A stretch of 64,000 bases of DNA from Acutalibacteraceae bacterium (GTDB lineage Bacteria > Bacillota > Clostridia > Oscillospirales > CAG-272), in the NCBI GenBank assembly GCA_963618495.1, contig CAVESF010000002.1, positions 25,231-89,230 on the forward strand. The letters run 5' to 3'. Position numbers and translations under genes: made by a program. Shown in pieces: positions 27,558-36,277 of the stretch; positions within the stretch are counted from its first letter, which is position 1; each line of letters begins with the position of its first letter. Below the pieces are notes generated by a model. That model had not been told where the DNA came from and did not search any database. It worked only from the letters and a program-made list of their open reading frames with translations.

Positions 27558-28638
27558 TTGTATTCACCTGCTTTCGTTGTATTAGTACACGGGCATAAAG
27601 TTGCTTACCGTTCAGTATGGCTTTTGCAAAATCATATTCATTTGCGCTGCCGCTGTTAAGAACGCCAACAATAGAAAATTGTTTCGGATTGTGCTTTGTC
27701 ATAAAAGTAATAGGCACACCAATAACCCCGTAATAGTCACATGGAATATCTGCCGTTTTACTGACTTCTATTGCGTCGAAATTATCATATTTCGGATATT
27801 TTTCCGGCGTGTATTGCCTAAATAACGTCATATCTTCATGACGGCGTTCTGTATCAAGGTTTGTATACCAACAGATATTTCCCATTCTGCGCCATTTTTG
27901 CCCGTTTTCATCAATCTTAAAATCTGTTTTCTTTTCCTCGTAACTGTCAGGAACCTTGAACCAATAATGCCCACTATTACAGCCGAGCCATACCTTATCA
28001 GTCATAAATAAAGGTAAAATTTCTTTGTATTTTACAGCGTTCAGATTTCCGATAATTAGGAAATTTTTGTTATGCGCAATTAACAGTGCCATATAATCAC
28101 GGAACAGTGAAAAGGGCGGGTTAGTTACTACAATATCGGCTTCTTTCAGCAGTTCAACGCATTCAGGACTGCGAAAATCGCCGTCCCCGTCAAGCAGGGT
28201 CATTGTATTTTTCTTGTTGCGCATAAGATATTCAACGTCTGCAAGGTCTATGCGCCCGTCCCCGTTTTCGTCTGTGACTTCGGTTATTTCCACCTTATAG
28301 GGCTTGCGTTCGCTTTCTTCCTGCACCGGGGTGCTGTTTGCAGACGGCACAAAGGAAAGCTGCCCGCCGTTATCAACGTAATATTGAAATTCCTTGCCCG
28401 TTACGGGTGATGCAGCAAAACAAGTTGTTATTAGTTTTTTCAAACCCAAAGCATTGAAGTTCATTGCAAAGTATTTGAAAAAATTGCTTTCGTATGGATC
28501 ATCACAATTACAAAGGACAGTTTTGCCCTTGAAATGGTGTCTGTAATGCTTCAATTCGCTTTCTACAAGTGAAAGCTGTGTATAAAATTCGTCCTGCTTG
28601 TTTCGTGCAGAATCGTTTAGGTTGCTATTTCCTGCCAT
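27547..28638 (-). CDS. Adenine-specific DNA methyltransferase, EcoRI-methylase family
   Basis: KQDEFYTQ, VLCNCDDPYESNFFKYFAMNFNALGLKKLI, DIVVTNPPFSLFRDYMALLIAHNKNFLIIGN and YPKYDNFDAI..DIPCDYYGVIGVPITF closely track my recollection of M.EcoRI. Confidence 0.85.
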   Translation of the reverse strand: MAGNSNLNDSARNKQDEFYTQLSLVESELKHYRHHFKGKTVLCNCDDPYESNFFKYFAMNFNALGLKKLITTCFAASPVTGKEFQYYVDNGGQLSFVPSANSTPVQEESERKPYKVEITEVTDENGDGRIDLADVEYLMRNKKNTMTLLDGDGDFRSPECVELLKEADIVVTNPPFSLFRDYMALLIAHNKNFLIIGNLNAVKYKEILPLFMTDKVWLGCNSGHYWFKVPDSYEEKKTDFKIDENGQKWRRMGNICWYTNLDTERRHEDMTLFRQYTPEKYPKYDNFDAIEVSKTADIPCDYYGVIGVPITFMTKHNPKQFSIVGVLNSGSANEYDFAKAILNGKQLYARVLIQRKQVNTNEN

Positions 28639-28639
28639 A

Positions 28640-28759
28640 TTATTCGCCGCCTTTCTTAATTTCTACAATATCGTCAAGCCCGCAATTCAAGGCGGTTGCA
28701 ATCTTTGCAAGACTATCAATTGCGACAGGTTCGCCCTTTTTTCATTCGGCTTTTGCCAT
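28640..28759 (-). pseudogene. C-terminal stump of an XRE/controller-type HTH gene with an in-frame TGA
   Basis: Translation is MAKAE*KKGEPVAIDSLAKIATALNCGLDDIVEIKKGGE*. It resembles the recognition-helix-distal part of an HTH_3 protein (..W-E-x-G-x-x-P-x-x-x-x-L-x-K-I-A-x-A-L..). It ends 1 nt before the methylase ATG. Upstream sequence is the 3' end of the LRR gene, so the N-terminal half is missing. Confidence 0.5.
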
Positions 28760-28764
28760 GATTT

Positions 28765-31188
28765 TTATTTTTCTTTCAGAGGGCTCCATGTGTAATATTC
28801 GCGCCTTGAGAACTGCTCGGCAAACGAGCCTGCCATTCCTTTTACCGTGAGATAGCGGAAGCGATAAGCCGTAGTTTCATTGCCTGAGGAATCTGTTCCC
28901 GTGACCTTGGAAACGAATGCCTTGGTTGAGACCACTTCCACACTCTCGGGAAGCGTGACGGAATTTATAAGATATTTATTGAAGAATTTGAAATCATGGA
29001 TTCTCTTTACCGTATCGGGAAAAACGATATCGGAGGACATGCCGTTATACTGGATGAGGATTCCGTCGCCTGCGACGATGAAATCTTCCTTATTATCCTT
29101 GAGCCACGGCGTCTCATAGAAAGCATTTTCGCCGATGTAGGCGGTATTTTTCGGAATATCAATCCCGGCAAGACGTCTGCACTCATAGAAGGCATAATCC
29201 GCGATGATACGCAGGCTCTCAGGCAGAGAGATGCTTGTCAGCTTATTGCACTGATAGAAAACATTAGAGCCGATATATGAGAGATTGCCTGCCTCAAAAG
29301 TCACGCTTGAAAGCGCGCCGCATTCGGCAAATGCACCGTCCTCTATGCGTTCGATGCGGGCGGGAATTACCACGCTCTCGATGGAATCGCAGGTGCGGTA
29401 AGCATATGCGGGAACAGAGGTGTTTTCGCTGCCGAGCACGAAATCGCGGAGGTTTCTACAGCCGCTGAAAGCAAACTGCGAAATCCTGCGAAGCTCGGAG
29501 AACTTCGGTACATTCACAAGCGAGGTGCAACCGGCAAAAGCGGACTGACCTATCGCCGTGATGCTGTCTGCAAGCACTACATCAGTGAGCTTGGTGCAGT
29601 TTTCAAATGTATTTGCGGGGATTTCGTCTATTTTGCAGAGAAGCTCGACCTTTGTCACATTCGTATCGAAAAGTATGCCTCTGCCGAGGGATTTTACCGT
29701 CGCGGGGACTGTAAACGATGTGAATTTATCGCAGTTGCCGAAAGCATAATTGCCGATGGAAGTGAGCGCCTCGGGGACGGTGAAATCGGCAAGCTCATTG
29801 CAGTTATAGAGCGCATATGCGCCGATGGATTCAAGATTCGGCGATACGGACAAGTCGGAAAGGGCGATGCATCCCGAGAAAATATATGCGGAAAGGCTCT
29901 TTGCCGCAGGGATGTCGGCTTTTTTCAGCGCGGAGCATGAAGCAAAGGCGAAAATGCCGATATCGGGAGTATTCGGGAACGATATTTCCGTAAGAGAGGT
30001 GCACGAACTGAAAGCATATGAGCCTATTTTACGGAGAGCCGGATAAGAAACGATTTTTGCGAGCGCATTGCAGTTATAAAAGGCAAACTGTGATATCTCG
30101 GTAACGCCCTCGGGAAGATCTATCTCGGCGAGTGCCTTGCATCCGTCAAAGGTGCCTATCGGAACGACTGTCATATCGGAGGGCAGGGTAGCTTTCTTGA
30201 GATAGGGACAGTTTTTGAAAACGGAAGTGCCGAGCGAAACGCCTGCGGGAAGCTCTATCTCGGCAAGCGGGGTGGAGCAGAAAGCGAAGCTTTCTATCGT
30301 TTTAAGCGAGGAGGGAATCTTCATTTCTGTGATATCGGATGCATAGAATGCGCTGCCGCCGATGGAGATAACTCCCTCGGGAAGATTTATCTTTTTGAGC
30401 ACGGCGCCGGTAAAAGCACCCTCGCCGATATTTTTCACGCCTGCGGGAACGGAATATTCGCCGCTATTGATGCGCTTGCCCATAGGATAGGAGATAAGCT
30501 TTTCCATATCGCGCGAGAAAAGCACACCGTCAACCGATGTATAGGCTGTATTTGCGGAATTTACCTCAAAGGCATTTACCTTGCCGCAACCTGCAAAGGC
30601 ACCGTAGCCGATGTCGGTAAGCGACGCGGGAATGACTGCGGAGAAAGCATCCGCGCTTGTTCCGCAGTTATAAAAAGCATGGGAACCGAGCGATGCGAGA
30701 GAGGAAAGCCCGGATATATCAAAGGCAAAAGCGGAGCATCCGGAAAATGCGCTGTCCTCTATGGTTTTCAGGGAAGAGGGGAAAGCGAAGTTTTTCAGCG
30801 CCGTACAGCCGTAAAAGGCATCGGCAGCTATAGTCTCGAGCCCGTCTTTTACAAAGCGGACGCTTTCAAGCTTGGTACAGCCTGCGAAAGCGCCGTTTCC
30901 GATGGTTTTCACATTGCCGGAAAGCTCTATTTCGGCAACGGAAGTATTGCCGGCGAAGGCACCGGCACCGATGGCGACAACGGTATATCTGCCGTCAATT
31001 TTATTTATTGACACCGAGGTCTCCTTGCCATTGTAGGCGGTGATTGTAGCCCTCTTGCTGCTGTCGAGCGTGAACTCATACAGGCTGTTTGTGCTGGTCT
31101 GCGTATCGTCTGCGAAAAGCGGAACTATACTGCAGAGAAGCAGGAGAGCGATGAGCATTATTGCTGAAAAGCCGATAGTTTTTTTCAT
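28765..31188 (-). CDS. Secreted leucine-rich repeat protein (BspA-like, LRR_5 type)
   Basis: Signal peptide MKKTIGFSAIMLIALLLLCSIVPLFA. Dozens of about 23-aa repeats of the form IP.SV..IG..AF..C..L..I. Confidence 0.85.
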   Translation of the reverse strand: MKKTIGFSAIMLIALLLLCSIVPLFADDTQTSTNSLYEFTLDSSKRATITAYNGKETSVSINKIDGRYTVVAIGAGAFAGNTSVAEIELSGNVKTIGNGAFAGCTKLESVRFVKDGLETIAADAFYGCTALKNFAFPSSLKTIEDSAFSGCSAFAFDISGLSSLASLGSHAFYNCGTSADAFSAVIPASLTDIGYGAFAGCGKVNAFEVNSANTAYTSVDGVLFSRDMEKLISYPMGKRINSGEYSVPAGVKNIGEGAFTGAVLKKINLPEGVISIGGSAFYASDITEMKIPSSLKTIESFAFCSTPLAEIELPAGVSLGTSVFKNCPYLKKATLPSDMTVVPIGTFDGCKALAEIDLPEGVTEISQFAFYNCNALAKIVSYPALRKIGSYAFSSCTSLTEISFPNTPDIGIFAFASCSALKKADIPAAKSLSAYIFSGCIALSDLSVSPNLESIGAYALYNCNELADFTVPEALTSIGNYAFGNCDKFTSFTVPATVKSLGRGILFDTNVTKVELLCKIDEIPANTFENCTKLTDVVLADSITAIGQSAFAGCTSLVNVPKFSELRRISQFAFSGCRNLRDFVLGSENTSVPAYAYRTCDSIESVVIPARIERIEDGAFAECGALSSVTFEAGNLSYIGSNVFYQCNKLTSISLPESLRIIADYAFYECRRLAGIDIPKNTAYIGENAFYETPWLKDNKEDFIVAGDGILIQYNGMSSDIVFPDTVKRIHDFKFFNKYLINSVTLPESVEVVSTKAFVSKVTGTDSSGNETTAYRFRYLTVKGMAGSFAEQFSRREYYTWSPLKEK

Positions 31189-31299
31189 TGCTTTTTTTGC
31201 CTTTCGTGATTTACTTTATAAAAATAGTTAAATATATAATATCATAAAATCCCGTGTTTTTCAAGTACCCAAAGCAGAATATATGTTTATAAATTGTAA

Positions 31300-31653
31300 C
31301 TATTGTCTTTTTGCGGCGAAAAATGTCTTTATTCCGCAGAGAGCGATAAGTGCGCCGAAAATCTTTTCAAGCAGTGTCACATCGGCATTTCTGACTGCGG
31401 CAAAGCCGAGAAAAGCTCCGCAAAAACCGAAAATGCCGCATATGAGCACCGTCTGAATGCGCAGCTTCCGCCGAAAAAAGTGGACGACGGCGGCGCACGC
31501 GGAGGACACGTTGAAAAACATGAGATTTATGCCTTGGGAAGTGACCTGCGGGATATTTCTGACAAGGCGCAGATAGAGTATCAGCAGACCTCCGCCGCCT
31601 ACACCCGTGGCGGAAAGCGCCGCGGTGAGAAATGCGGCGAGGAAATCAAGCAT
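31300..31653 (-). CDS. TauE/SafE (TSUP) family half-size membrane protein
   Basis: 117 aa with about 4 TM helices and a G-rich first helix (GVGGGGLLILYL). It is adjacent to a second half-size paralogue. Confidence 0.6.
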   Translation of the reverse strand: MLDFLAAFLTAALSATGVGGGGLLILYLRLVRNIPQVTSQGINLMFFNVSSACAAVVHFFRRKLRIQTVLICGIFGFCGAFLGFAAVRNADVTLLEKIFGALIALCGIKTFFAAKRQ

Positions 31654-31662
31654 ATGTGCCTC

Positions 31663-32058
31663 CTATTTGCGAAAAATCAGCGATATGCCGCCATAGACCA
31701 TAATGGCGGCAAAAATTTTTTTGAGCAGAGAAGTTTTTATATAAGAGAGGGCGAAAGCGCCCGCGATACCGCCCAGCACGGCGGGAAGCATATAGGGAAG
31801 AGCGTCGGAAAACGAAAAAGCACCGGATGAGAAATACAGAAAAGCAGATGAGAGCGACATGATAAGCACGCTTATCACGGTCATCGCGAAGATATCCTTT
31901 GCATCGTATTCATCGTTTTGCGCATACATGCGGGAGAGCATGAAGTATATGACTATGCCGCCGCCCATTCCGAAAAGTCCGTTTATCGCGCCCGCGGCAA
32001 GCGAACCGAGCAGAAAAGGAAGTATTTTGCCAAGGCTTTTTCCGAGCTTTTGTATCAT
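31663..32058 (-). CDS. TauE/SafE (TSUP) family half-size membrane protein
   Basis: 131 aa with about 4 TM helices and GLFGMGGGIVIYFML. It lies 9 nt upstream of the partner gene. Confidence 0.6.
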   Translation of the reverse strand: MIQKLGKSLGKILPFLLGSLAAGAINGLFGMGGGIVIYFMLSRMYAQNDEYDAKDIFAMTVISVLIMSLSSAFLYFSSGAFSFSDALPYMLPAVLGGIAGAFALSYIKTSLLKKIFAAIMVYGGISLIFRK

Positions 32059-32093
32059 ATTTGACTTCGCTCCTTAATATTTTTATTTTAATA

Positions 32094-32122
32094 TTGTATT
32101 TTATAATATTTTGTGCTATAAT
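32094..32122 (+). promoter_or_regulatory. Putative sigma-A promoter of ftsK
   Basis: TTGTAT, 17-nt spacer, then TGcTATAAT. Confidence 0.45.
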
Positions 32123-32237
32123 TATCCTGTTATACTATATATTGCGAAAGTCCGTCCGATTATCGCGGCGGTTATCATACGAATTCACGATTTCATATTG
32201 CCTTATGGCAAACGATTTTATGCAAGGAAGGTAAAAA

Positions 32238-35018
32238 ATGGCTGAAAACAGAAAAAAGAAACAAACGGCACAAGAGGACGATTTCTTCGAATACGATGAT
32301 GCTTTTACCGTCAATGAAGAGGATATGTCGGGCGCAAGGCGCAGAAGCGACCGCAAGCGCGGCGACAATGCCGAGCGCGGGACTGAGCGCGACACGGAAA
32401 CGAGAAGAGGCGGCGCATCGGAGAGCGGTTCTTCGCGCGGAGCTTCCGATAAAGAGACGAGAGGCGACGCATGCGCAGATGTGCGCACGGACGAGCGCAA
32501 AGGAAAGAGCGCAAAGAAGCCGAAAAAACCGAAAAAACCGAAAAAACCGAAAAAACCCGCAAATCCCTCATCTGTCGGAAATCAGATAATAATAGCCGTG
32601 ATGGCGGCGCTGGCGATATTCATCGGCGTCTGCTTTGCCGCGGCGGAGAAAGTCGGCGTTATCGGCGGATTTATCTCCGAATTTCTGCCGGGAACATTCG
32701 GCGGAGCGGCACTGCTGATTCCTTTCCTGCTCCTAATCCACGCGCTATACTGGAAACGCGATACGGCAGCGGGACTGCGCCTTTTCAGGCTGATGTTCTC
32801 CTTTGCCGTGACGATACTTCTTTCGACACTGCTCCATGTGATTTTCGCGGCGGCAGGCTCCCTTCCCGTAGACGGGAAGATGGGCGTGCTCCTCAAGGAT
32901 TTCTATCTGCAGGGCATCTCATATAAGGGCGGCGGTGTCGTCGGCGGTCTGCTCGGTACGCTCGGCGTGCGCGGCCTCGGCGTTCCCGGGGCGCTCATAT
33001 TTTCGATACTTTTCCTTGTTATAGCCGTTATTCTTTTCCTCGGATATACTCCGGGTATAGTATGGCGCAGAGCGGTATTCTATATCATGCGCGCCGCAGA
33101 AAAAAAGAAAGCGGAAAAGCGCGCAAAGAAAGAGCAGGAGGAGAAAGCAAGAGCCGAGGCTGAAGCGGCAAAAGCCGCAGGTACAGCCATCGTCGTCCGC
33201 AAGGGTGGTATCGGTGAGGATATCCTCAGCGGAAACGGCATAACGGACGAGCCGAAAAAAGAAGAGTCCGAGACATACGATTTCTTCACACCCGAGCCCG
33301 AATCTGTACCTGCGCCCATTCCGCAGGATCCGAAATCCGAACCCGAACCTATAATCGAAAACATAATGCCCGTCAAGCGCACGAAGATAAAGAAGGAAGA
33401 AAAGCCGGAAAGCGATGTTCCCTCCGTTATCCTTGCGGGAGAGAACGGTTCTTCCGCGATAATCCCCGAGGAACCGCCTGTTCCCGAATATCAGTTTCCG
33501 CCGATAGAGCTTCTTGCATATAAGGAGCAGTCGGGCGGCGATTCGCAGAACGAAATGGCGGCGAATGCGCAGAAGATTGTTTCCACGCTCGGCGATTTCA
33601 ATATAAGAACAAGAGTCATCGGCATTTCACGCGGTCCCGCCGTCACGCGCTATGAGATAGCACCCGAATCGGGAACAAAGGTTGCCGCCATAATGAACAG
33701 AACAGACGATATTTCGCTGAGCCTCGCTTCGGCGGTGCGTATCTCGGGCGTTATCCCCGGCAAGAGTGCCATCGGTATCGAGGTGCCGAATAAGAATGTT
33801 TCCATAGTTTATCTGCGCACGCTTATCGACAGCGATGACTTCCGCAATGCCAAGAGCAAGGTCACTGCCGCGCTCGGCATAGATATCACAGGCAAGAATA
33901 TACTTTTCGATATAGCGAAAATGCCGCACCTGCTTATTGCGGGTGCCACAGGTATGGGTAAATCCGTATGTATGAATTCGCTCATCATAAGTATTCTCTA
34001 TAAGGCAAAGCCGGACGAAGTAAAATTTATCTTCATCGACCCGAAAAAGGTTGAATTCAATATGTATAACGGAATACCGCATCTGCTCGTGCCGGTTGTT
34101 TTCGACCCGAAGAAGGCGGCAGGCGCTCTCCACTGGGCTGTGACCGAGATGGAGCGCAGATATGATATTCTCGAAGCAACGGGCAAGCGCAATCTCACGC
34201 AGTACAACGAGGCGATAAAGGACGATCCGACGGCTGAGAAGCTGCCGCAGATAGTCATTTTCATAGATGAGCTTGCAGACCTGATGCTCACGGCGCCCGA
34301 CGATGTGGAAACTTCCATAAACCGTATCGCGGCAAAGGCGCGTGCGGCAGGCATGCACCTGATAATCGGTACGCAGCGTCCTTCCGTCGATGTCATCACT
34401 GGTACTATCAAGGCAAATATCCCATCCCGTATCGCCTGCACGGTTTCCTCCATGCAGGACTCGAGAACGATACTCGATATGGGCGGCGCGGAAAAGCTGA
34501 TAGGACGCGGCGATATGCTCTTCTCACCGATAGGATCCATGTCGCCCACGAGAGTGCAGGGCGCATATGTTGACGAGCCGGAGATACTGAAGGTAGTAGA
34601 CTTCTTAAAGAATCAGGAATGCTTCGAAAACAACGAGACTTACAGCCGTGAGATAAGCGAAAAGATAGAAAAAGAAGCGGCGCGTTGCGGTCAGAAGAAA
34701 GGAAGCGGAGCGGGACTTGCCGCGGCTTCTTCCGACGGAGACGGCGATGACAAGGCTGACCCGATGCTCGACAGCGCGATAAAGCTTGCCATAGAGAGCG
34801 GCAAAATTTCCACATCGCTTATCCAGCGCAAGCTTTCGCTCGGCTTCGGCAGAGCGGCAAAGCTTATCGACATCATGGAGCAGAAAGGCATTGTCAGCGC
34901 GCCTGACGGACAAAAGCCGAGAAATGTTCTTATCACATATGACCAGTATCTGGAAATGAGCATGCAGAATCCGCCATCTCAATCGGATGAGAGCGAAGCG
35001 GGCGATGAACCATGGTGA
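32238..35018 (+). CDS. ftsK: DNA translocase FtsK/SpoIIIE
   Basis: Charged N-terminus, 4 TM helices and a long linker. Motor motifs include LLIAGATGMGKSVCMNSLI (Walker A) and IVIFIDELADLM (Walker B). The C-terminal gamma domain is ISTSLIQRKLSLGFGRAAKLID. Confidence 0.92.
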   Translation: MAENRKKKQTAQEDDFFEYDDAFTVNEEDMSGARRRSDRKRGDNAERGTERDTETRRGGASESGSSRGASDKETRGDACADVRTDERKGKSAKKPKKPKKPKKPKKPANPSSVGNQIIIAVMAALAIFIGVCFAAAEKVGVIGGFISEFLPGTFGGAALLIPFLLLIHALYWKRDTAAGLRLFRLMFSFAVTILLSTLLHVIFAAAGSLPVDGKMGVLLKDFYLQGISYKGGGVVGGLLGTLGVRGLGVPGALIFSILFLVIAVILFLGYTPGIVWRRAVFYIMRAAEKKKAEKRAKKEQEEKARAEAEAAKAAGTAIVVRKGGIGEDILSGNGITDEPKKEESETYDFFTPEPESVPAPIPQDPKSEPEPIIENIMPVKRTKIKKEEKPESDVPSVILAGENGSSAIIPEEPPVPEYQFPPIELLAYKEQSGGDSQNEMAANAQKIVSTLGDFNIRTRVIGISRGPAVTRYEIAPESGTKVAAIMNRTDDISLSLASAVRISGVIPGKSAIGIEVPNKNVSIVYLRTLIDSDDFRNAKSKVTAALGIDITGKNILFDIAKMPHLLIAGATGMGKSVCMNSLIISILYKAKPDEVKFIFIDPKKVEFNMYNGIPHLLVPVVFDPKKAAGALHWAVTEMERRYDILEATGKRNLTQYNEAIKDDPTAEKLPQIVIFIDELADLMLTAPDDVETSINRIAAKARAAGMHLIIGTQRPSVDVITGTIKANIPSRIACTVSSMQDSRTILDMGGAEKLIGRGDMLFSPIGSMSPTRVQGAYVDEPEILKVVDFLKNQECFENNETYSREISEKIEKEAARCGQKKGSGAGLAAASSDGDGDDKADPMLDSAIKLAIESGKISTSLIQRKLSLGFGRAAKLIDIMEQKGIVSAPDGQKPRNVLITYDQYLEMSMQNPPSQSDESEAGDEPW
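32520..32555 (+). repeat. Four perfect tandem copies of CCGAAAAAA inside ftsK
   Basis: Read directly from the sequence. It encodes the (PKK)n run KKPKKPKKPKKPKKP. Confidence 0.9.
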
Positions 35019-35039
35019 TGCTACGGGAGGTAAAGATTT

Positions 35040-35720
35040 ATGGGAAAACTGATAGTAATAGACGGGCTGGACGGCTCGGGGAAGACCACTAAAAGCAAGC
35101 TTCTCTATGAGGAACTGAAAAATCAGGGCAAGAATGTCCGTCTCATTTCGTTCCCGAATTACGAAAGCGAGGAAGCGACGCTTGTGAAAATGTATCTGCG
35201 CGGCGATTTCGGCGATACGCCCGATGCCGTGAACGGATATGCCGCGGCGACATTTTTCTCCGTGGAGCGGTATGCCTCCTTCAAAAAGAACTGGGAGGCT
35301 TTCTATCGCGAGGAGGATTCCATAGTCATAGCGTGCAGATATACCACGGCAAACGCAGTGCATCAGCTTGCGAAAATGGACAGAGACTTCTGGGATGAAT
35401 ATCTGAACTGGCTCTATGATTTCGAATATAACAAAATGGGCATACCGAGACCCGACCTCGTGCTTTTCCTCGAGATGAAGCCCGAGATTTCGGAAAAGCT
35501 TGTCGTTCAGCGCAATGCGCAGACGGGTCAGGCACTCGATATTCACGAAAAAGATAAGGAATATATGCAGAGATGCTACAAGGCGGGGCTTTATTCTTCC
35601 GATAAGCTCGGCTGGGAGCGCATCTGCTGTTATGAAGGAAACGAGCCGAAATCCGTAGAGGAGCTCATGGAGGTCATAACGGAAAAGGTCACGATGTTTC
35701 TTGATGTGATGAAAAACTAA
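35040..35720 (+). CDS. Thymidylate kinase family protein (divergent Tmk-like nucleotide kinase)
   Basis: P-loop VIDGLDGSGKTT; 226 aa. The mid-region is not canonical Tmk, so I give no gene symbol. Confidence 0.65.
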   Translation: MGKLIVIDGLDGSGKTTKSKLLYEELKNQGKNVRLISFPNYESEEATLVKMYLRGDFGDTPDAVNGYAAATFFSVERYASFKKNWEAFYREEDSIVIACRYTTANAVHQLAKMDRDFWDEYLNWLYDFEYNKMGIPRPDLVLFLEMKPEISEKLVVQRNAQTGQALDIHEKDKEYMQRCYKAGLYSSDKLGWERICCYEGNEPKSVEELMEVITEKVTMFLDVMKN

Positions 35721-35732
35721 GGGGGTATTTTT

Positions 35733-36275
35733 ATGAAGAGAGCAGCGTTGCTTTTCGCTTCCGGAACGGAAGAAATTGAGGCACTCACACCTGTTGATAT
35801 TCTGCGCCGCGCGGGCACCCATGTGGATATCATAGGCGTCGGAGCAGACGAGCCGACAGGCTCACACGGGATAAGGATAAAGGCTGATATGACGCTCGCG
35901 TCGGCAGACCTTCTTTCCTATGATATGATAATCATTCCAGGGGGAATGCCGGGAACGACGAATATAGAGGAGACAGGCATCGCCGAGGTGCTCGGAAAGG
36001 CGGATGCCGAGGGCAAAATCATAGCGGCGATATGCGCCGCGCCGATGGTTCTCGGCAGAGCGGGCTTGCTTTCCGGCAGGGAAGCGATATGCTATCCCGG
36101 CTTTGAAAAATATCTTTCGGGCGCCGTCATTTCCGAAAAGAAGGTAGTCGTGAGCGGCAATATCATCACGGCAAAGGGAATGGGCGTCGCGCTCGAATTT
36201 GCACTCGAACTCACAAAAGCTCTCTACGGAAAGGAGAAAGCGGATGAGATAGCTTCATCCGTTATGGCGAAATAA
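35733..36275 (+). CDS. DJ-1/PfpI family protein
   Basis: Nucleophile elbow IAAICAAP; GTEEIEALTPVDILRRAG; 180 aa. Confidence 0.85.
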   Translation: MKRAALLFASGTEEIEALTPVDILRRAGTHVDIIGVGADEPTGSHGIRIKADMTLASADLLSYDMIIIPGGMPGTTNIEETGIAEVLGKADAEGKIIAAICAAPMVLGRAGLLSGREAICYPGFEKYLSGAVISEKKVVVSGNIITAKGMGVALEFALELTKALYGKEKADEIASSVMAK

Positions 36276-36277
36276 TT

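Noticed and set aside
32520-32555. Short perfect tandem repeat considered as a possible CRISPR or other array
   Set aside because: The units are 9 bp with no spacers and sit inside the ftsK reading frame. No CRISPR-like repeat-spacer structure was seen anywhere in the window.
1290-34055. Possible avoidance of GAATTC as a signature of an EcoRI-specificity system
   Set aside because: GAATTC is readily found by eye at 1290, 8980, 13889, 14923, 27432 and elsewhere, so there is no obvious depletion. This neither supports nor excludes GAATTC as the methylase target, because methylated hosts need not avoid the site.
34605-35822. 405-aa minus-strand ORF spanning the ftsK 3' end, the Tmk-like gene and the DJ-1 gene start
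   Set aside because: It crosses three well-supported plus-strand genes and their intergenic RBS regions. No motif was recognised, so I treat it as a shadow ORF.
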